Assembly (NCBI GenBank): GCA_036337435.1
Contig: JAYZEG010000010.1
Location: forward strand, 25,171-89,170
Direction: 5' to 3'
Length of the DNA: 64,000 nt
Source: Myxococcota bacterium
Lineage (GTDB): Bacteria; Myxococcota_A; Bradymonadia; UBA7976; UBA1532
The notes beneath the pieces are model-generated. The model saw nothing but the letters and a program-made list of their open reading frames with translations, searched no databases and was not told the DNA's origin. The position numbers and the translations under genes were made by a program. Shown here in pieces: positions 19,430 to 29,066 of this stretch. Each line of letters starts with the position of its first letter. Within the stretch, counting starts at the first letter, position 1.

Positions 19430-19879
19430 TCATGCTCCGTCAGCGCCCACTTCCATGGGCGCAATTCGACACTGCCCATCGGGTTCACAAACCCCGCCCC
19501 GCGACTTAAAACGCCATCTTGCAAACAGGACGTATCCCCAATCGAGAATCCGCCTCAGACCAGGGACCCGCGAGAGCGGAACGAGGGGTCTAAAGAGCGT
19601 TCGTGCATACAACTGCCGAAAGACCTCAACGCCCTCAACCAACTCTCCGTTGGACAACCGGCCGTGGATGCGCAGCATAATCTCTGCGTACGTCAAACCG
19701 GTTTCTTTCTCCGAGTCGAAGTCACGTGTAGAAATGTCTGTGAAAATCAGTCGCGATTGGCGGTCGAGCCGCCGCAAAAGATTGATTTCGGCGGTACAAA
19801 GACGGCATCCGCCGTCGTAGTAGACCTCAAAGGGGGTGCTGTAGTCGGGCCGCTGGACCGGAACCGTATTCTGAGTCAT
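19430..19879 (-). CDS. DCC-family thiol-disulfide oxidoreductase (DUF393, YuxK-like)
   Basis: VYYDGGCRLCTAEINLL matches the DxxCxxC signature of the DCC1-like family. Its stop codon directly abuts the stop of the convergent carboxypeptidase gene. Confidence 0.75.
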   Translation of the reverse strand: MTQNTVPVQRPDYSTPFEVYYDGGCRLCTAEINLLRRLDRQSRLIFTDISTRDFDSEKETGLTYAEIMLRIHGRLSNGELVEGVEVFRQLYARTLFRPLVPLSRVPGLRRILDWGYVLFARWRFKSRGGVCEPDGQCRIAPMEVGADGA

Positions 19880-20334
19880 ATGCTAAAGCTCCTTCGTTGT
19901 AATGACGACAGAGCTCGGTGGGAGGTTACGGACAACCCGGGTGGACCAATGGGAGTTTTGTTCAGATACGGAAGCATTGAAATCGATGGTCTCGGCTGAT
20001 GGGGGAACATGAGAAGAAACGGATTCTTACAGATGCCGCTTTCAATCAACTCTTCAATAAATGCATCAAGCAATGTTTTCTCCGAAGGTTATCACCAAAT
20101 CATTGAGGTGGCCCGATCGCCCAGCCCCTCGGTAATTTCGTCCCGACAAAACAGCAGTTTTACAAATGGTTGACGTCGCTTCGAGCAGGCTGGCGGTCGC
20201 GATGAGTGTCCCCAAATTGAACAAACCTATGGAACATACCCATTTAAAAGTAATTAATTACAGCTATTTAAAACTTTTCTGAGAAAAAACTACCGTTCGT
20301 ATGGTTTTTCACAATCTGAAGTGATAGTATGCCG

Positions 20335-20450
20335 CCACATAACGACTCGGACATCTGTTTCGGTTCGTCGCTGCTTTCTCGTACCCCCCCATTCCCCTAC
20401 ACGAGAGAGCGGTTGACCGCTCCCTGCCCCGGGAGCGGTTTTTTTTTCTC
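20335..20450 (+). promoter_or_regulatory. candidate 5' leader/attenuator (or small RNA) with alternative hairpins upstream of the peroxiredoxin
   Basis: Extended -10-like TGATAGTAT at about 20319-20327. Hairpin A is GAGCGG-ttga-CCGCTC (20407-20422). It shares CCGCTC with hairpin B, CCGCTCCC-tgcccc-GGGAGCGG plus T9 (20417-20447), so the two are mutually exclusive. Confidence 0.45.
20417..20447 (+). terminator. rho-independent terminator (8-bp GC-rich stem + T9)
   Basis: CCGCTCCC tgcccc GGGAGCGG TTTTTTTTT. No complete plus-strand CDS ends within 500 nt upstream. Confidence 0.7.
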
Positions 20451-20535
20451 AAAACTGCCTTTGGTAGCCATATAGGATGGATAGGCAGGTCGCCCTGAAC
20501 CGATAACAACTCAGACATCGAGGTGGATAAAGACG

Positions 20536-21079
20536 GTGACCCAAGTCGGAGTATTCATGCCGAAGGGTGTTTACAACACAATGTGGAATGAATCGATCAC
20601 ACGCATCGATGCCCAAGGCGTATTCAATCATCAAAGGGTGCTGCGATTCACCGTTCCAGGCGCATTTGCGCCTGGCTGCACGCAAGAACATCGACCCGAT
20701 CATGTGCGAACAGCAAATGAGATTTACAAAAACGAGTTTGGCATCATCGCATCATTGACTGTCGATGATGCCTGGACCATAAATTCTTGGGTACAGCTTA
20801 CCAATGCAAAGGGTCCAATACGAACGCGTTCCAATGGCAGTCACGACGATGAAAGTAAAAGAGACATGTAAACTTGGCTTGGAATCTGTTCTCACACGGA
20901 TAAATATGAGTGTCCGATGCAGGCGGTACTCAGTGGTCACCAAAGAAGGTGTTGCCAAACGCATCTACGAGGACAAGCGAATGAGTGAATTCATTGGGGC
21001 TCGTAACACGTTAGCCTTTCCATCGGGCAATAGACCTGACACTCCATCGCAGGGTCAAACAACGATTACAGCCAACTGA
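20536..21079 (+). pseudogene. Prx5-type peroxiredoxin, interrupted by a +1 frameshift near 20810-20822
   Basis: GTG start with an AGGTGGA RBS. Frame 1 reads ..RFTVPGAFAPGCTQEH.. (peroxidatic Cys motif) and ..DDAWTINSW.., then stops at 20871. Frame 2 (20804-21079) continues the Prx5 C-terminal pattern ..KLGLESVL...RRYSVVTKEGVAKRIYED.. (compare KRFSMVVQDGIVK). Confidence 0.6.
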
Positions 21080-21108
21080 CTGACTTAATTAGATAGGGAG
21101 ATGAGGTC

Positions 21109-21750
21109 ATGAATCCGATGGCATACCTGATTACAGGACTTCTCTTTGGCTGTGGGGCCAGTGTCTCTAAGTCGACAAAATCATCCAATAAATCGCCAAA
21201 TATCCAAGAGAGCACGCGGCTACTTTCCCATGCAGATATGGACGATGAGGAGGCGATGCTCGATGAAGGCGACAGCGACCATTTGTTCATTCCCGATCCA
21301 ATTCGGGCAGACCGTAGCAAAATAAGGTGTACTAAAAGCTCCAAATCAGACTTAGAGACCGTCCAATGGGGCCACTTATTGGCCTTCGACACCAGTGGCT
21401 GCGCTGTCGTTGATGTTGGGTTGGACGCCAAGGGGATCCCCGTCCTGGTTAAAAATAAGCGAGACCTTTTGAGACTGACAAACTGTGAGCAAGTCAGACC
21501 CCAACCAGAGATCCTGGTTGACTTCAAAACGCAGCAAGTGCTCGTGATTGAGGGACTGCATAGCAAGATGGCCTCGGAGCCTCTCGATGCCTGGTTAATG
21601 TACACGCAGAAAACCCTTCGAATCGGTTTGGTCTTCGACTGGCAATCAAGCGAAGAAACTCGACTGTATCGTGCGATTGTCATTGCACCACGTCGCACGA
21701 CTCGCATCGAAACAGACCTCTGCTACGCCCCGACAATAGAGTCTAATTAA
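21109..21750 (+). CDS. hypothetical lipoprotein
   Basis: Signal plus lipobox LLFGCGAS. Preferred over the fully overlapping minus-strand ORF 21066-21707, which is Ser-rich with no signal or domain. Confidence 0.45.
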   Translation: MNPMAYLITGLLFGCGASVSKSTKSSNKSPNIQESTRLLSHADMDDEEAMLDEGDSDHLFIPDPIRADRSKIRCTKSSKSDLETVQWGHLLAFDTSGCAVVDVGLDAKGIPVLVKNKRDLLRLTNCEQVRPQPEILVDFKTQQVLVIEGLHSKMASEPLDAWLMYTQKTLRIGLVFDWQSSEETRLYRAIVIAPRRTTRIETDLCYAPTIESN

Positions 21751-21982
21751 CGCCTGTCATTTTAAATTTCGAGCAGCCCGTCTCGCCCACGATAAAAGTC
21801 AGCATGGACCGTGTTAGCCGAGAAAACACGATGTGCCATCGCGTCAACCGGAGAGAGAGCAGCCAGTCGTCAGTCTGGCAAAAAATTGGTCACAAACTCC
21901 GTTTTAATCACTCGAATCTTTCGGGGGAAACAGACTCCAAAAAGCTGCGAGTCAAAACATGGCTAAGTCGGTAATTTGGGCA

Positions 21983-22876
21983 TCACTTGAGCTCGAAGAG
22001 CAAGAAGTTCCCTTCGCCCGCATCCTGAGCCATTATTGTATGTTCATAACGAGTACTGGATAAGAAAGACATAGATGTCACAAGGCCACGCCAAAATGGG
22101 TTTCGCATCGTGCCATCGCCCCTGAATGCAATGGCTGCAACGCTGAGATGACGACCCGATACGTCGATCAAAGCTCCCCTAAACACATTGCCTATTTCTC
22201 GTAAGGTATTCTGTTCGTCGGGATTAAATCGTCGATTCGTTTGAACCTGATTGACCGATGCGCCAGGCCGTAAGCAGCGGATGAGCATGTGTGCCAAATT
22301 AAAGTCGAGTCCAATGACGAAGTTGATCTCCTCGTCTGCATCGGCATAGGCAATGGCAGCACCGACAGACCCGTCAAATCTAAATCCGTCACTCTCAATG
22401 AGTGACAGACGCCGGTCCACCATGGCACCAAAAGCCTTTATACAGTGACCGGCTAGTGAGAATTGCGACCCGTCTGACGAGTTCGTTTCCGCAGGGGGAC
22501 GAGGTAGATCCAAGGCAATGTGAATTGCCTTTTTGATTTCCGCTGGCGAAAATGGCTTGGTAACGACGAACGCTGCCCCAGCCCGAAGTGCCTCCATACG
22601 TTGGTCATCACTGGCATTTCCCGTAACCATGCCAACGGGTACTTGGGCTCCGTTTCGAACGAAGGCGCGTAAGAGCTCGAGTCCCGATATGCCAGGCATG
22701 GCCCAATCAGTAATGACAAGATGTGGTCGAACCTGGCGAAAGATCGGCACCGCTTGTCGAGCATCCCTCGCCTCATAGAACGTTGTCCGCCAGCCAAAAG
22801 AACGGATGGTTCTGACCAAAACCGCACGCATTGCCGCGCTGTCATCAACAACCAGAATTCGGAGTGTATCAATCAA
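21983..22876 (-). CDS. response regulator: CheY-like receiver fused to CheC/CheX-like phosphatase domain
   Basis: Receiver motifs LRILVVDDSAAMR, ..ITDWAMPGISG.. and ..FVVTKPF. The C-terminal domain carries ..DEQNTLREIGNVFRGA.. (E-x-x-N-x-x-G active-site pattern of the CheC/CheX/FliY family). Confidence 0.7.
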   Translation of the reverse strand: MIDTLRILVVDDSAAMRAVLVRTIRSFGWRTTFYEARDARQAVPIFRQVRPHLVITDWAMPGISGLELLRAFVRNGAQVPVGMVTGNASDDQRMEALRAGAAFVVTKPFSPAEIKKAIHIALDLPRPPAETNSSDGSQFSLAGHCIKAFGAMVDRRLSLIESDGFRFDGSVGAAIAYADADEEINFVIGLDFNLAHMLIRCLRPGASVNQVQTNRRFNPDEQNTLREIGNVFRGALIDVSGRHLSVAAIAFRGDGTMRNPFWRGLVTSMSFLSSTRYEHTIMAQDAGEGNFLLFELK

Positions 22877-23205
22877 GCAATCGGACTTTCTTTTGAAATG
22901 AACAATTCATGCTCTCGTCAGTTTAAATCGGCTGTATTTCATGTCGACCCTCACCGAAAAAGATGGATCACGTAAGAGGCGACGGTCTTCGATCATATCA
23001 CAAACGTCAAAACAATCGCTGCTCCGGTTGAGTCGTTTAGCACAGGTAAAGCGAACACGGCCAAGTCTAACCCTTAATCAGTCAGCGAGGGGAACAAAAT
23101 TGACGTAGGGCCGTTGTTAAACCTACTCTGGCCGAGAGGGTCATCGCCAAAGCTGCATGAGTGCAAACCAAACGTAGCCGATTGGCCCGTACCTAAGGAC
23201 CGATT

Positions 23206-25152
23206 ATGACGGCGATTGAAATCCTGGCCTCTCGAAAGCTACTGGACGAACTCGAACCATTTCATTTGATTTGGTGCAAATCAGGGCCACTCGAACACAT
23301 CTCTGAAAAGGCCCGGGCGTATTTTGAATGCGCTTCAACCAGCAATGAATCCACCGGCACAATCGTTTATCTGCTCCATCCATTCCACGCAGTGATGACA
23401 CTAGAGATCATGAAAGGCCTAGGCCAATCGACCATCAAGATTAGCCATCAGCCCAAAGGATCACGGGTTCTTTCGGGTCGACTTCTAGACAGTGAAGGTG
23501 TGGGAGGCTGGCTCTTTGTCGGCACACCCGAGAACGTGGATGACCAAATGGACAGCACGCAGACGGACAAAGCTGTGCGCCCGGATGGCGTACAAAACAG
23601 CTCGAAACAAGTCCGATGGAGCCACAGCGAGAGTGACTTTGATGTGGTGTCAGACTTGAGTCCACACAGTGAACGTCAAGGCCGGGACGATAAGCGACCC
23701 GTATACAATGCACCCCTGAGCCAACTCGAACTCGAGAGTACACTGGGTGAACTGAAGCGAACGCAGGCCACGCTGGTACAGCAGGAGCGATTGAAGGCGG
23801 TCGGCGAGATGGTTCGAGGGATTGCCCACGACTTCAGCAATATACTGACTCCGATTTCTGCGTATTCATGGTTGCTCAAATCTCACCCAGAGGTATCCCC
23901 TGCTGAACGGGACGAATATGTTGACTTGATCATGACAGCCACCAAGGATGCCCATGCTTTGATCGAACGACTTCGGCGCCTCTATAATCCAGCCAGTTCG
24001 TCTGCCACATACTCGTCTTTCGATATCAACGGTCTCATCAAAGAAACGCTGCGTTTAGCTGAACCAAGATGGGCTGACCAATTGGGAGCAGAATCACAGT
24101 CGGTTGAGATTGTTGAGTCTCTACAGTCCGTGGGATTGATGACGGCGGTCGAAAGTGACATTCGTCAAGCCCTACTCAATCTTCTGTACAATGCGGCAGA
24201 TGCCATCAAGAAAAACGGTGTGATTGCGGTGGAAAGTATCTCGGATGAGCAACGGATATGGATCTCAATCTGTGACGATGGGTCCGGAATGAATCCTGAG
24301 GTTCTTGAAACATGTGCGACCCCGTTTTTCACGACCAAGGGTGACGCCGGAACCGGCTTAGGTCTGCCGATGGTCTTCGAGACGGCAGTGCGGCACGGCG
24401 GGGACGTACGGATTGAGTCAGAGCTGGGTCATGGCACACGCGTCACACTCTGTTTACCCAGGCAACCGCTAGAAAATGGAGCGAGTGAAATCCATGCGAC
24501 ATCGACAGCCATCGCTGCGAGGCTTGTGACCCGGGTTGGACTCGACGCCGGTGCGCTAGCCACACCCATTGGCCAAGGCGATGGTGAACATCATATGAGT
24601 GACAGTGACGTACTTGACGCCCTTTTCGAGGCTGCACTCGATCCGAATATGGTGACTCAAGAGGTCATGTATCCACCAGGCGCGTTCGCTTTGGAACAAA
24701 CCGCCTCCATGGACGTTCAGAGCAGCACAAAGCCAAAAACTTCAGACCCATCAGAGCAACAGGCACTCAAGTCGGATGATACGCTCCACATTCTCGTCGT
24801 CGATGATGATGAGGCCATCCTCAACGTCCTCAGTCGAATCATCGATACCCATGGCCATACGAGTTACACAGCTGAAAATGGCTCGCAGGCTCTCGTACTC
24901 GCTGACCGCTTGGATTTTGACCTGGTGATTTGTGACTTGGACATGCCTGGCATGAAGGGAGACCAGCTTTGCCTGTCTTTAAAGCAACTATCTCCCAGGG
25001 CCAAGCTCATCATGTTTACTGGAAATCCCGACGGCATAGTCCCAGATGCTCGACATATCTTGGACGCGATAGTGACCAAACCAAACTCTCCCGTCGATGT
25101 ACTTATGGCCGGCATTGACTTGGTATACTCCGGACGTAACACGTCGAATTAA
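23206..25152 (+). CDS. hybrid sensor histidine kinase (cytoplasmic N-terminal sensor, HisKA, HATPase_c, C-terminal receiver)
   Basis: H-box GIAHDFSNILTPI; N/G boxes ..LLNLLYNAADAI.. and GTGLGLPMV; C-terminal receiver LHILVVDDDEAILN...CDLDMPGMKGD. No TM segments. Confidence 0.8.
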   Translation: MTAIEILASRKLLDELEPFHLIWCKSGPLEHISEKARAYFECASTSNESTGTIVYLLHPFHAVMTLEIMKGLGQSTIKISHQPKGSRVLSGRLLDSEGVGGWLFVGTPENVDDQMDSTQTDKAVRPDGVQNSSKQVRWSHSESDFDVVSDLSPHSERQGRDDKRPVYNAPLSQLELESTLGELKRTQATLVQQERLKAVGEMVRGIAHDFSNILTPISAYSWLLKSHPEVSPAERDEYVDLIMTATKDAHALIERLRRLYNPASSSATYSSFDINGLIKETLRLAEPRWADQLGAESQSVEIVESLQSVGLMTAVESDIRQALLNLLYNAADAIKKNGVIAVESISDEQRIWISICDDGSGMNPEVLETCATPFFTTKGDAGTGLGLPMVFETAVRHGGDVRIESELGHGTRVTLCLPRQPLENGASEIHATSTAIAARLVTRVGLDAGALATPIGQGDGEHHMSDSDVLDALFEAALDPNMVTQEVMYPPGAFALEQTASMDVQSSTKPKTSDPSEQQALKSDDTLHILVVDDDEAILNVLSRIIDTHGHTSYTAENGSQALVLADRLDFDLVICDLDMPGMKGDQLCLSLKQLSPRAKLIMFTGNPDGIVPDARHILDAIVTKPNSPVDVLMAGIDLVYSGRNTSN

Positions 25153-25157
25153 AGCCT

Positions 25158-25988
25158 TCACACGTCCTTAAACCACGGACTGGTCGAACCATAAACAGCC
25201 TGCTCTACAGACTGGTATATGTCCGGATTCAGGGCCGCAAATTGCTGTATGACCGTTTTGATGTCACGCCGTTTTGCTCGGGGAAAAGTATCACATACGG
25301 GACATGCAACAGCACCAATGCCCGACGTCGAAAGCCAGCTTCGAATCTTACGTTCATCGACGAAAAGCAGTGGGCGAATGGTCAACGTTGGAGACGCTGA
25401 GGCCGGTGTCATAGCCTTCAAAGGATCTAATCGTCGTCCAAATAATAAGTTGAGAAAAAATGTCTCCAGGGCGTCATCCAGGTGGTGCCCGAGCGCGAGC
25501 TTGTTATAGCCGTTTTCAGCACACCAATCGTTCAATATGCCGCGTCGCATGCGACTACAGATCGAACAGGGAATCTGGCCCGGCTTTAGCTTCTGTTCAA
25601 CCACCGACCAAGTGTCTCGATCGATGATTTCACACTCGACATCAAGTCGTTTCAGGCTGCGTTCAAAAGTGACATGATCGAACCCGGGTTGACCCTGGTC
25701 GAGATGGATGACCTGAAAATCGAAGCTCAAATCATGTCGCAGCATCAACTGCTTGAAGACACTGATGAGCAACAATGAGTCTTTACCACCAGAACAGCCA
25801 ACCGCAACGCGGTCACCATTTTTGATTAAGTCAAACTTGTGAATGGCATGTTCGACAGAGCGCATAATTGCTTTGGACGGGGTATCCGACGACGCAATGG
25901 ACGGTTGAGGATCAGCCGCGTCTCTCAACTGGACTAATTCCGGTTCGGATACCGAGGTTAATGGTCCTAAATCTGACATCGTATACAC
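25158..25988 (-). CDS. ttcA: tRNA 2-thiocytidine(32) synthetase (PP-loop ATPase)
   Basis: PP-loop VGCSGGKDS plus the CxxC pairs (CSICSRMRRG, CPVCD) typical of TtcA. Confidence 0.8.
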   Translation of the reverse strand: MYTMSDLGPLTSVSEPELVQLRDAADPQPSIASSDTPSKAIMRSVEHAIHKFDLIKNGDRVAVGCSGGKDSLLLISVFKQLMLRHDLSFDFQVIHLDQGQPGFDHVTFERSLKRLDVECEIIDRDTWSVVEQKLKPGQIPCSICSRMRRGILNDWCAENGYNKLALGHHLDDALETFFLNLLFGRRLDPLKAMTPASASPTLTIRPLLFVDERKIRSWLSTSGIGAVACPVCDTFPRAKRRDIKTVIQQFAALNPDIYQSVEQAVYGSTSPWFKDV

Positions 25989-26065
25989 CCAGAAAAATCA
26001 CATCTCGTGTGATCTACTAGCAAAAACTGAGAACGCTTTCCACGGGTCGGTGCCAGAGTTGCTGC

Positions 26066-27154
26066 CTAGTCATCAGCAACAAATCCAGGCCAGCGAGTAA
26101 GATAATCGGCAAAGACGGAACTCACACCCTCGTGGGCCAACACCTGTCGAGTGACAGGCAATGGTCGCGGATGAAAATTGCGATCAGCCATCACCAAAGC
26201 TGGGAAATCGTGATGAAGAATACCGGCACGACCGATACCAACGAAGTCGACTCCCCGAGAAAGGACGGTTTCTACATCTGGCGCGGTTTTAATTTTTCCT
26301 GCGACCGTCAGTTTTGTCTGTCCACGTTCTAGGGAAGAAAAGACCTCCAACAAACCATGCTCATCATCTGGATTATGGTCACTTTTCTTCTTGTAATCCC
26401 ACAAGGAGACATCCAAAAAATCCACGTTTTTTTTTCCGACCAAGAGTCTGAAAACGTCAATGGCCTCAGGCAATTCGATGCCGTACTTTTCCGGCGAGAG
26501 CCTTAATCCCAATAAAAATTGTGAACCACAAACCTGACGTATGCCGTCGATAATGTCCGAGATCAGTCGCATGCGGTTCAAAACTGAACCGCCGAACTGG
26601 TCGGTTCTGCGGTTGTACTTGGCACTTAAGAATTGGCAGAGCAGATAGTCGTGAGCCCCGTGAATCTCGACCCCATCATAGCCTGCTGATTGCGCTCTGA
26701 AAGCCGCTTCGACAAAATCGCCGCAGAGGGCCTCTATCTCATTGAGTGTTAATGCACGGGCGCCGGTGGACGCGTCAGGGGACGGACAGACCGGTGGCCC
26801 ATCGATGACATCAAGGAGGGCTCGCCTACCTGCATGATGAAGCTGAATAACAGCCACGGCTCCATGTTCTCTGATCCCGCCTGCGAGTCGTCGATGCCCA
26901 TCGAGAAGCGAATCGGCGTAAATGCCTAACTGGCCGGGAAATCCCTGGCCGATTGTTTGAACATGAGCAGCACAAGTCATCACCATGCCAAATTGGCCGA
27001 CGGCTCGTTTAACAAGCCAATCATATTCTTCGTCACTGAGAGTGCCGTCCTTAAAGCTCTGACAGTTGGTCATCGGGGCCAACATAAAACGGTTTGGCAT
27101 AGTCACACCGCAGCGAAAGGACAAGGGCGTGCCTTGGTCAATGCTTTGATTCAA
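26066..27154 (-). CDS. NADH:flavin oxidoreductase (Old Yellow Enzyme family)
   Basis: ..RFMLAPMTN..., ..IQLHHAGRR.. and ..GYDGVEIHGAHDYLLCQFLS.., ..VGIGRAGILHHDF.. are OYE TIM-barrel signatures. The true start may be the internal MPNRFML at about 27100. Confidence 0.8.
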   Translation of the reverse strand: MNQSIDQGTPLSFRCGVTMPNRFMLAPMTNCQSFKDGTLSDEEYDWLVKRAVGQFGMVMTCAAHVQTIGQGFPGQLGIYADSLLDGHRRLAGGIREHGAVAVIQLHHAGRRALLDVIDGPPVCPSPDASTGARALTLNEIEALCGDFVEAAFRAQSAGYDGVEIHGAHDYLLCQFLSAKYNRRTDQFGGSVLNRMRLISDIIDGIRQVCGSQFLLGLRLSPEKYGIELPEAIDVFRLLVGKKNVDFLDVSLWDYKKKSDHNPDDEHGLLEVFSSLERGQTKLTVAGKIKTAPDVETVLSRGVDFVGIGRAGILHHDFPALVMADRNFHPRPLPVTRQVLAHEGVSSVFADYLTRWPGFVADD

Positions 27155-27323
27155 TGGCGAACCTCCTTTTTCAAAGTGAGTCGGAGCCCAATCAAATATC
27201 AGTGAGCTAAAGACCTATGCAAAATTGGCTTACAAGAGAAATTCGGGTTCATCATACGAAATTCAGTTTCTGCCGATGAGCAATCTCAGCTCTCATGGAG
27301 GCCCAGACAATACGGGGCCATCA

Positions 27324-29066
27324 TCAATTATCAGCCCATTCAATACGGCGGGCGGCTGATACAATATCTGAAGGCAAAGCCGACCGATAGGCCTGGTCGA
27401 AGGCATCGGCCAATTGACCGGCAGTCGAAAACCGGTCTACGGGATCGGGTGCCATGGCGATGCTCAGAAAATCGCTGATCTGCCCATCTAAATCCGGGGC
27501 TACGACCTGAGGGCGAGTTGGCCTTTGATACGCTGCTGCCGCAACGGCATTAAAGCCAGACCCCTGGAAGGGCGGTGCGCCAGTCAAGCAGCGGTAGAGA
27601 ACCGCACCCAGTGCATACAAATCTGTACGGTGATCTAGCTCGTGTCCTCGAGCCTGCTCAGGTGCCATATATCGGGGCGTTCCAACCACACAGCCGGCAT
27701 GTGTCAATGTCTCGGCACCGGTCGTCCACTTTGAAACACCAAAATCGAGTACCTTCCAAACATTTCGAGTACTGCTTTCTCGGTGCGCGAAAAGATTATG
27801 GGGTTTAATGTCCCGGTGGATAACGCCTTGTTCGTGTGCGGCCGTGAGCCCGCGGCAGATGTGATGTACGAGACGGTGACATGCCCGAACGGATAAGCGT
27901 CCGCGGCGCCTCAGAATCGCGGCCAAGTCATGTCCGTCGAGACGCTCCATTGCGATATATAACGTTCCATCAGTGTCTTGACCAAATTCATACACTTGCG
28001 TCACATGTGGCGACCGGATCTGGCGGGCAATTTGTGCCTCGCGCTTGAATCGAGACACGATGGCTTCATTCTGAGTGTCTGACGTGTTCAGAATTTTAAG
28101 TGCTGACCGTTTTCCGCTCTTTTGCTCAACCGCGTCGTACACTTCACCAGATGCACCCCGCCCGAGTAAGGGACCTAGGCGGTAATCTGAAATTGACTGG
28201 CCTGTCAGGCGACCAGACAAGCCCTCATCCCCGAAAATTCTTTCCAACTCAGCTTGGGCTTCTTCGAGCTGAACTTTTTTTAAATTGATGTCCATAACGG
28301 CACTTGCAACCGAGCCCATAGCATTTTCAACCGCGTCCCGTGACCAAGTGGCCTGGGCAAAAGTGACGAGCAGAACCATGGGAACCATCAGGGTCATAAA
28401 GAGCATAGCCGATGCCCCCGCGTTGTTCCCGGTGAAAACGCCGATATCCTGGATTCGCCCTGTCAAGACACCAAGGAACAAAGCGAGGGTTAAAATAATG
28501 GCTGCAGAGCAAATGAGTACGGCGCCTCTTCGGTCAGCACCTTGCCCAAAAAAGCTGATACCGAGAGTGATGGCGAGCGCAGTTGGCGAATATGGCCCCA
28601 AATAAATAAGCGCGTTTACACAAGCAACGACACCCACGATTCCGAAAATCCGAAACACGTTGCGATCGTATTTTTTGGGATTCTTGGCAACCCTCCAAAC
28701 ACCCAGACCTGTCAGTGCGAAAACGAAGAGGGTCGACGCAAAAATCAAGCTGTGTCCGCTGTGACCGGAATCTAAAAACGGCAGCCAAGCGAGTGTAACC
28801 AGACAAATCACACTGAATATGAGTCCGATATTGCTTGCACGGATCGCTTCAGCTTCATGCAAACTGAGCTGTATATGTGAAACGGTCACCGCTGATTCAG
28901 GGCGTCGATCAAGATTTGAATGATCAACAGAAATTGGATTGGAGGGTGCGCGCTGGCCTGTTTGTATGGTGACGTCTTGTTCAATATGCCGAACCGCCCG
29001 GTCGGTCAGATTCTGAATTGACTCGATTGGAAAACGAGCGTCGGGTTTTCTGGGCTCAGACATCAA
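27324..29066 (-). CDS. Ser/Thr protein kinase with N-terminal polytopic membrane domain
   Basis: Hanks motifs LGRGASGEVY, ALKIL, HRDIKPHNLF, DFGVSK and GTPRYMAPE in the C-terminal half. About 6 TM helices in the N-terminal half. Confidence 0.8.
   Translation of the reverse strand: MMSEPRKPDARFPIESIQNLTDRAVRHIEQDVTIQTGQRAPSNPISVDHSNLDRRPESAVTVSHIQLSLHEAEAIRASNIGLIFSVICLVTLAWLPFLDSGHSGHSLIFASTLFVFALTGLGVWRVAKNPKKYDRNVFRIFGIVGVVACVNALIYLGPYSPTALAITLGISFFGQGADRRGAVLICSAAIILTLALFLGVLTGRIQDIGVFTGNNAGASAMLFMTLMVPMVLLVTFAQATWSRDAVENAMGSVASAVMDINLKKVQLEEAQAELERIFGDEGLSGRLTGQSISDYRLGPLLGRGASGEVYDAVEQKSGKRSALKILNTSDTQNEAIVSRFKREAQIARQIRSPHVTQVYEFGQDTDGTLYIAMERLDGHDLAAILRRRGRLSVRACHRLVHHICRGLTAAHEQGVIHRDIKPHNLFAHRESSTRNVWKVLDFGVSKWTTGAETLTHAGCVVGTPRYMAPEQARGHELDHRTDLYALGAVLYRCLTGAPPFQGSGFNAVAAAAYQRPTRPQVVAPDLDGQISDFLSIAMAPDPVDRFSTAGQLADAFDQAYRSALPSDIVSAARRIEWADN

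Noticed and set aside
20309-20518. 69-aa minus-strand ORF
   Set aside because: It spans the terminator hairpin and T9 tract and is Arg-rich. The region is better explained as a non-coding leader.
21066-21707. 213-aa minus-strand ORF exactly mirroring the plus-strand lipoprotein ORF
   Set aside because: It has no signal or domain and is Ser-rich. The plus-strand ORF has a clean lipoprotein signal, although the choice is not certain.
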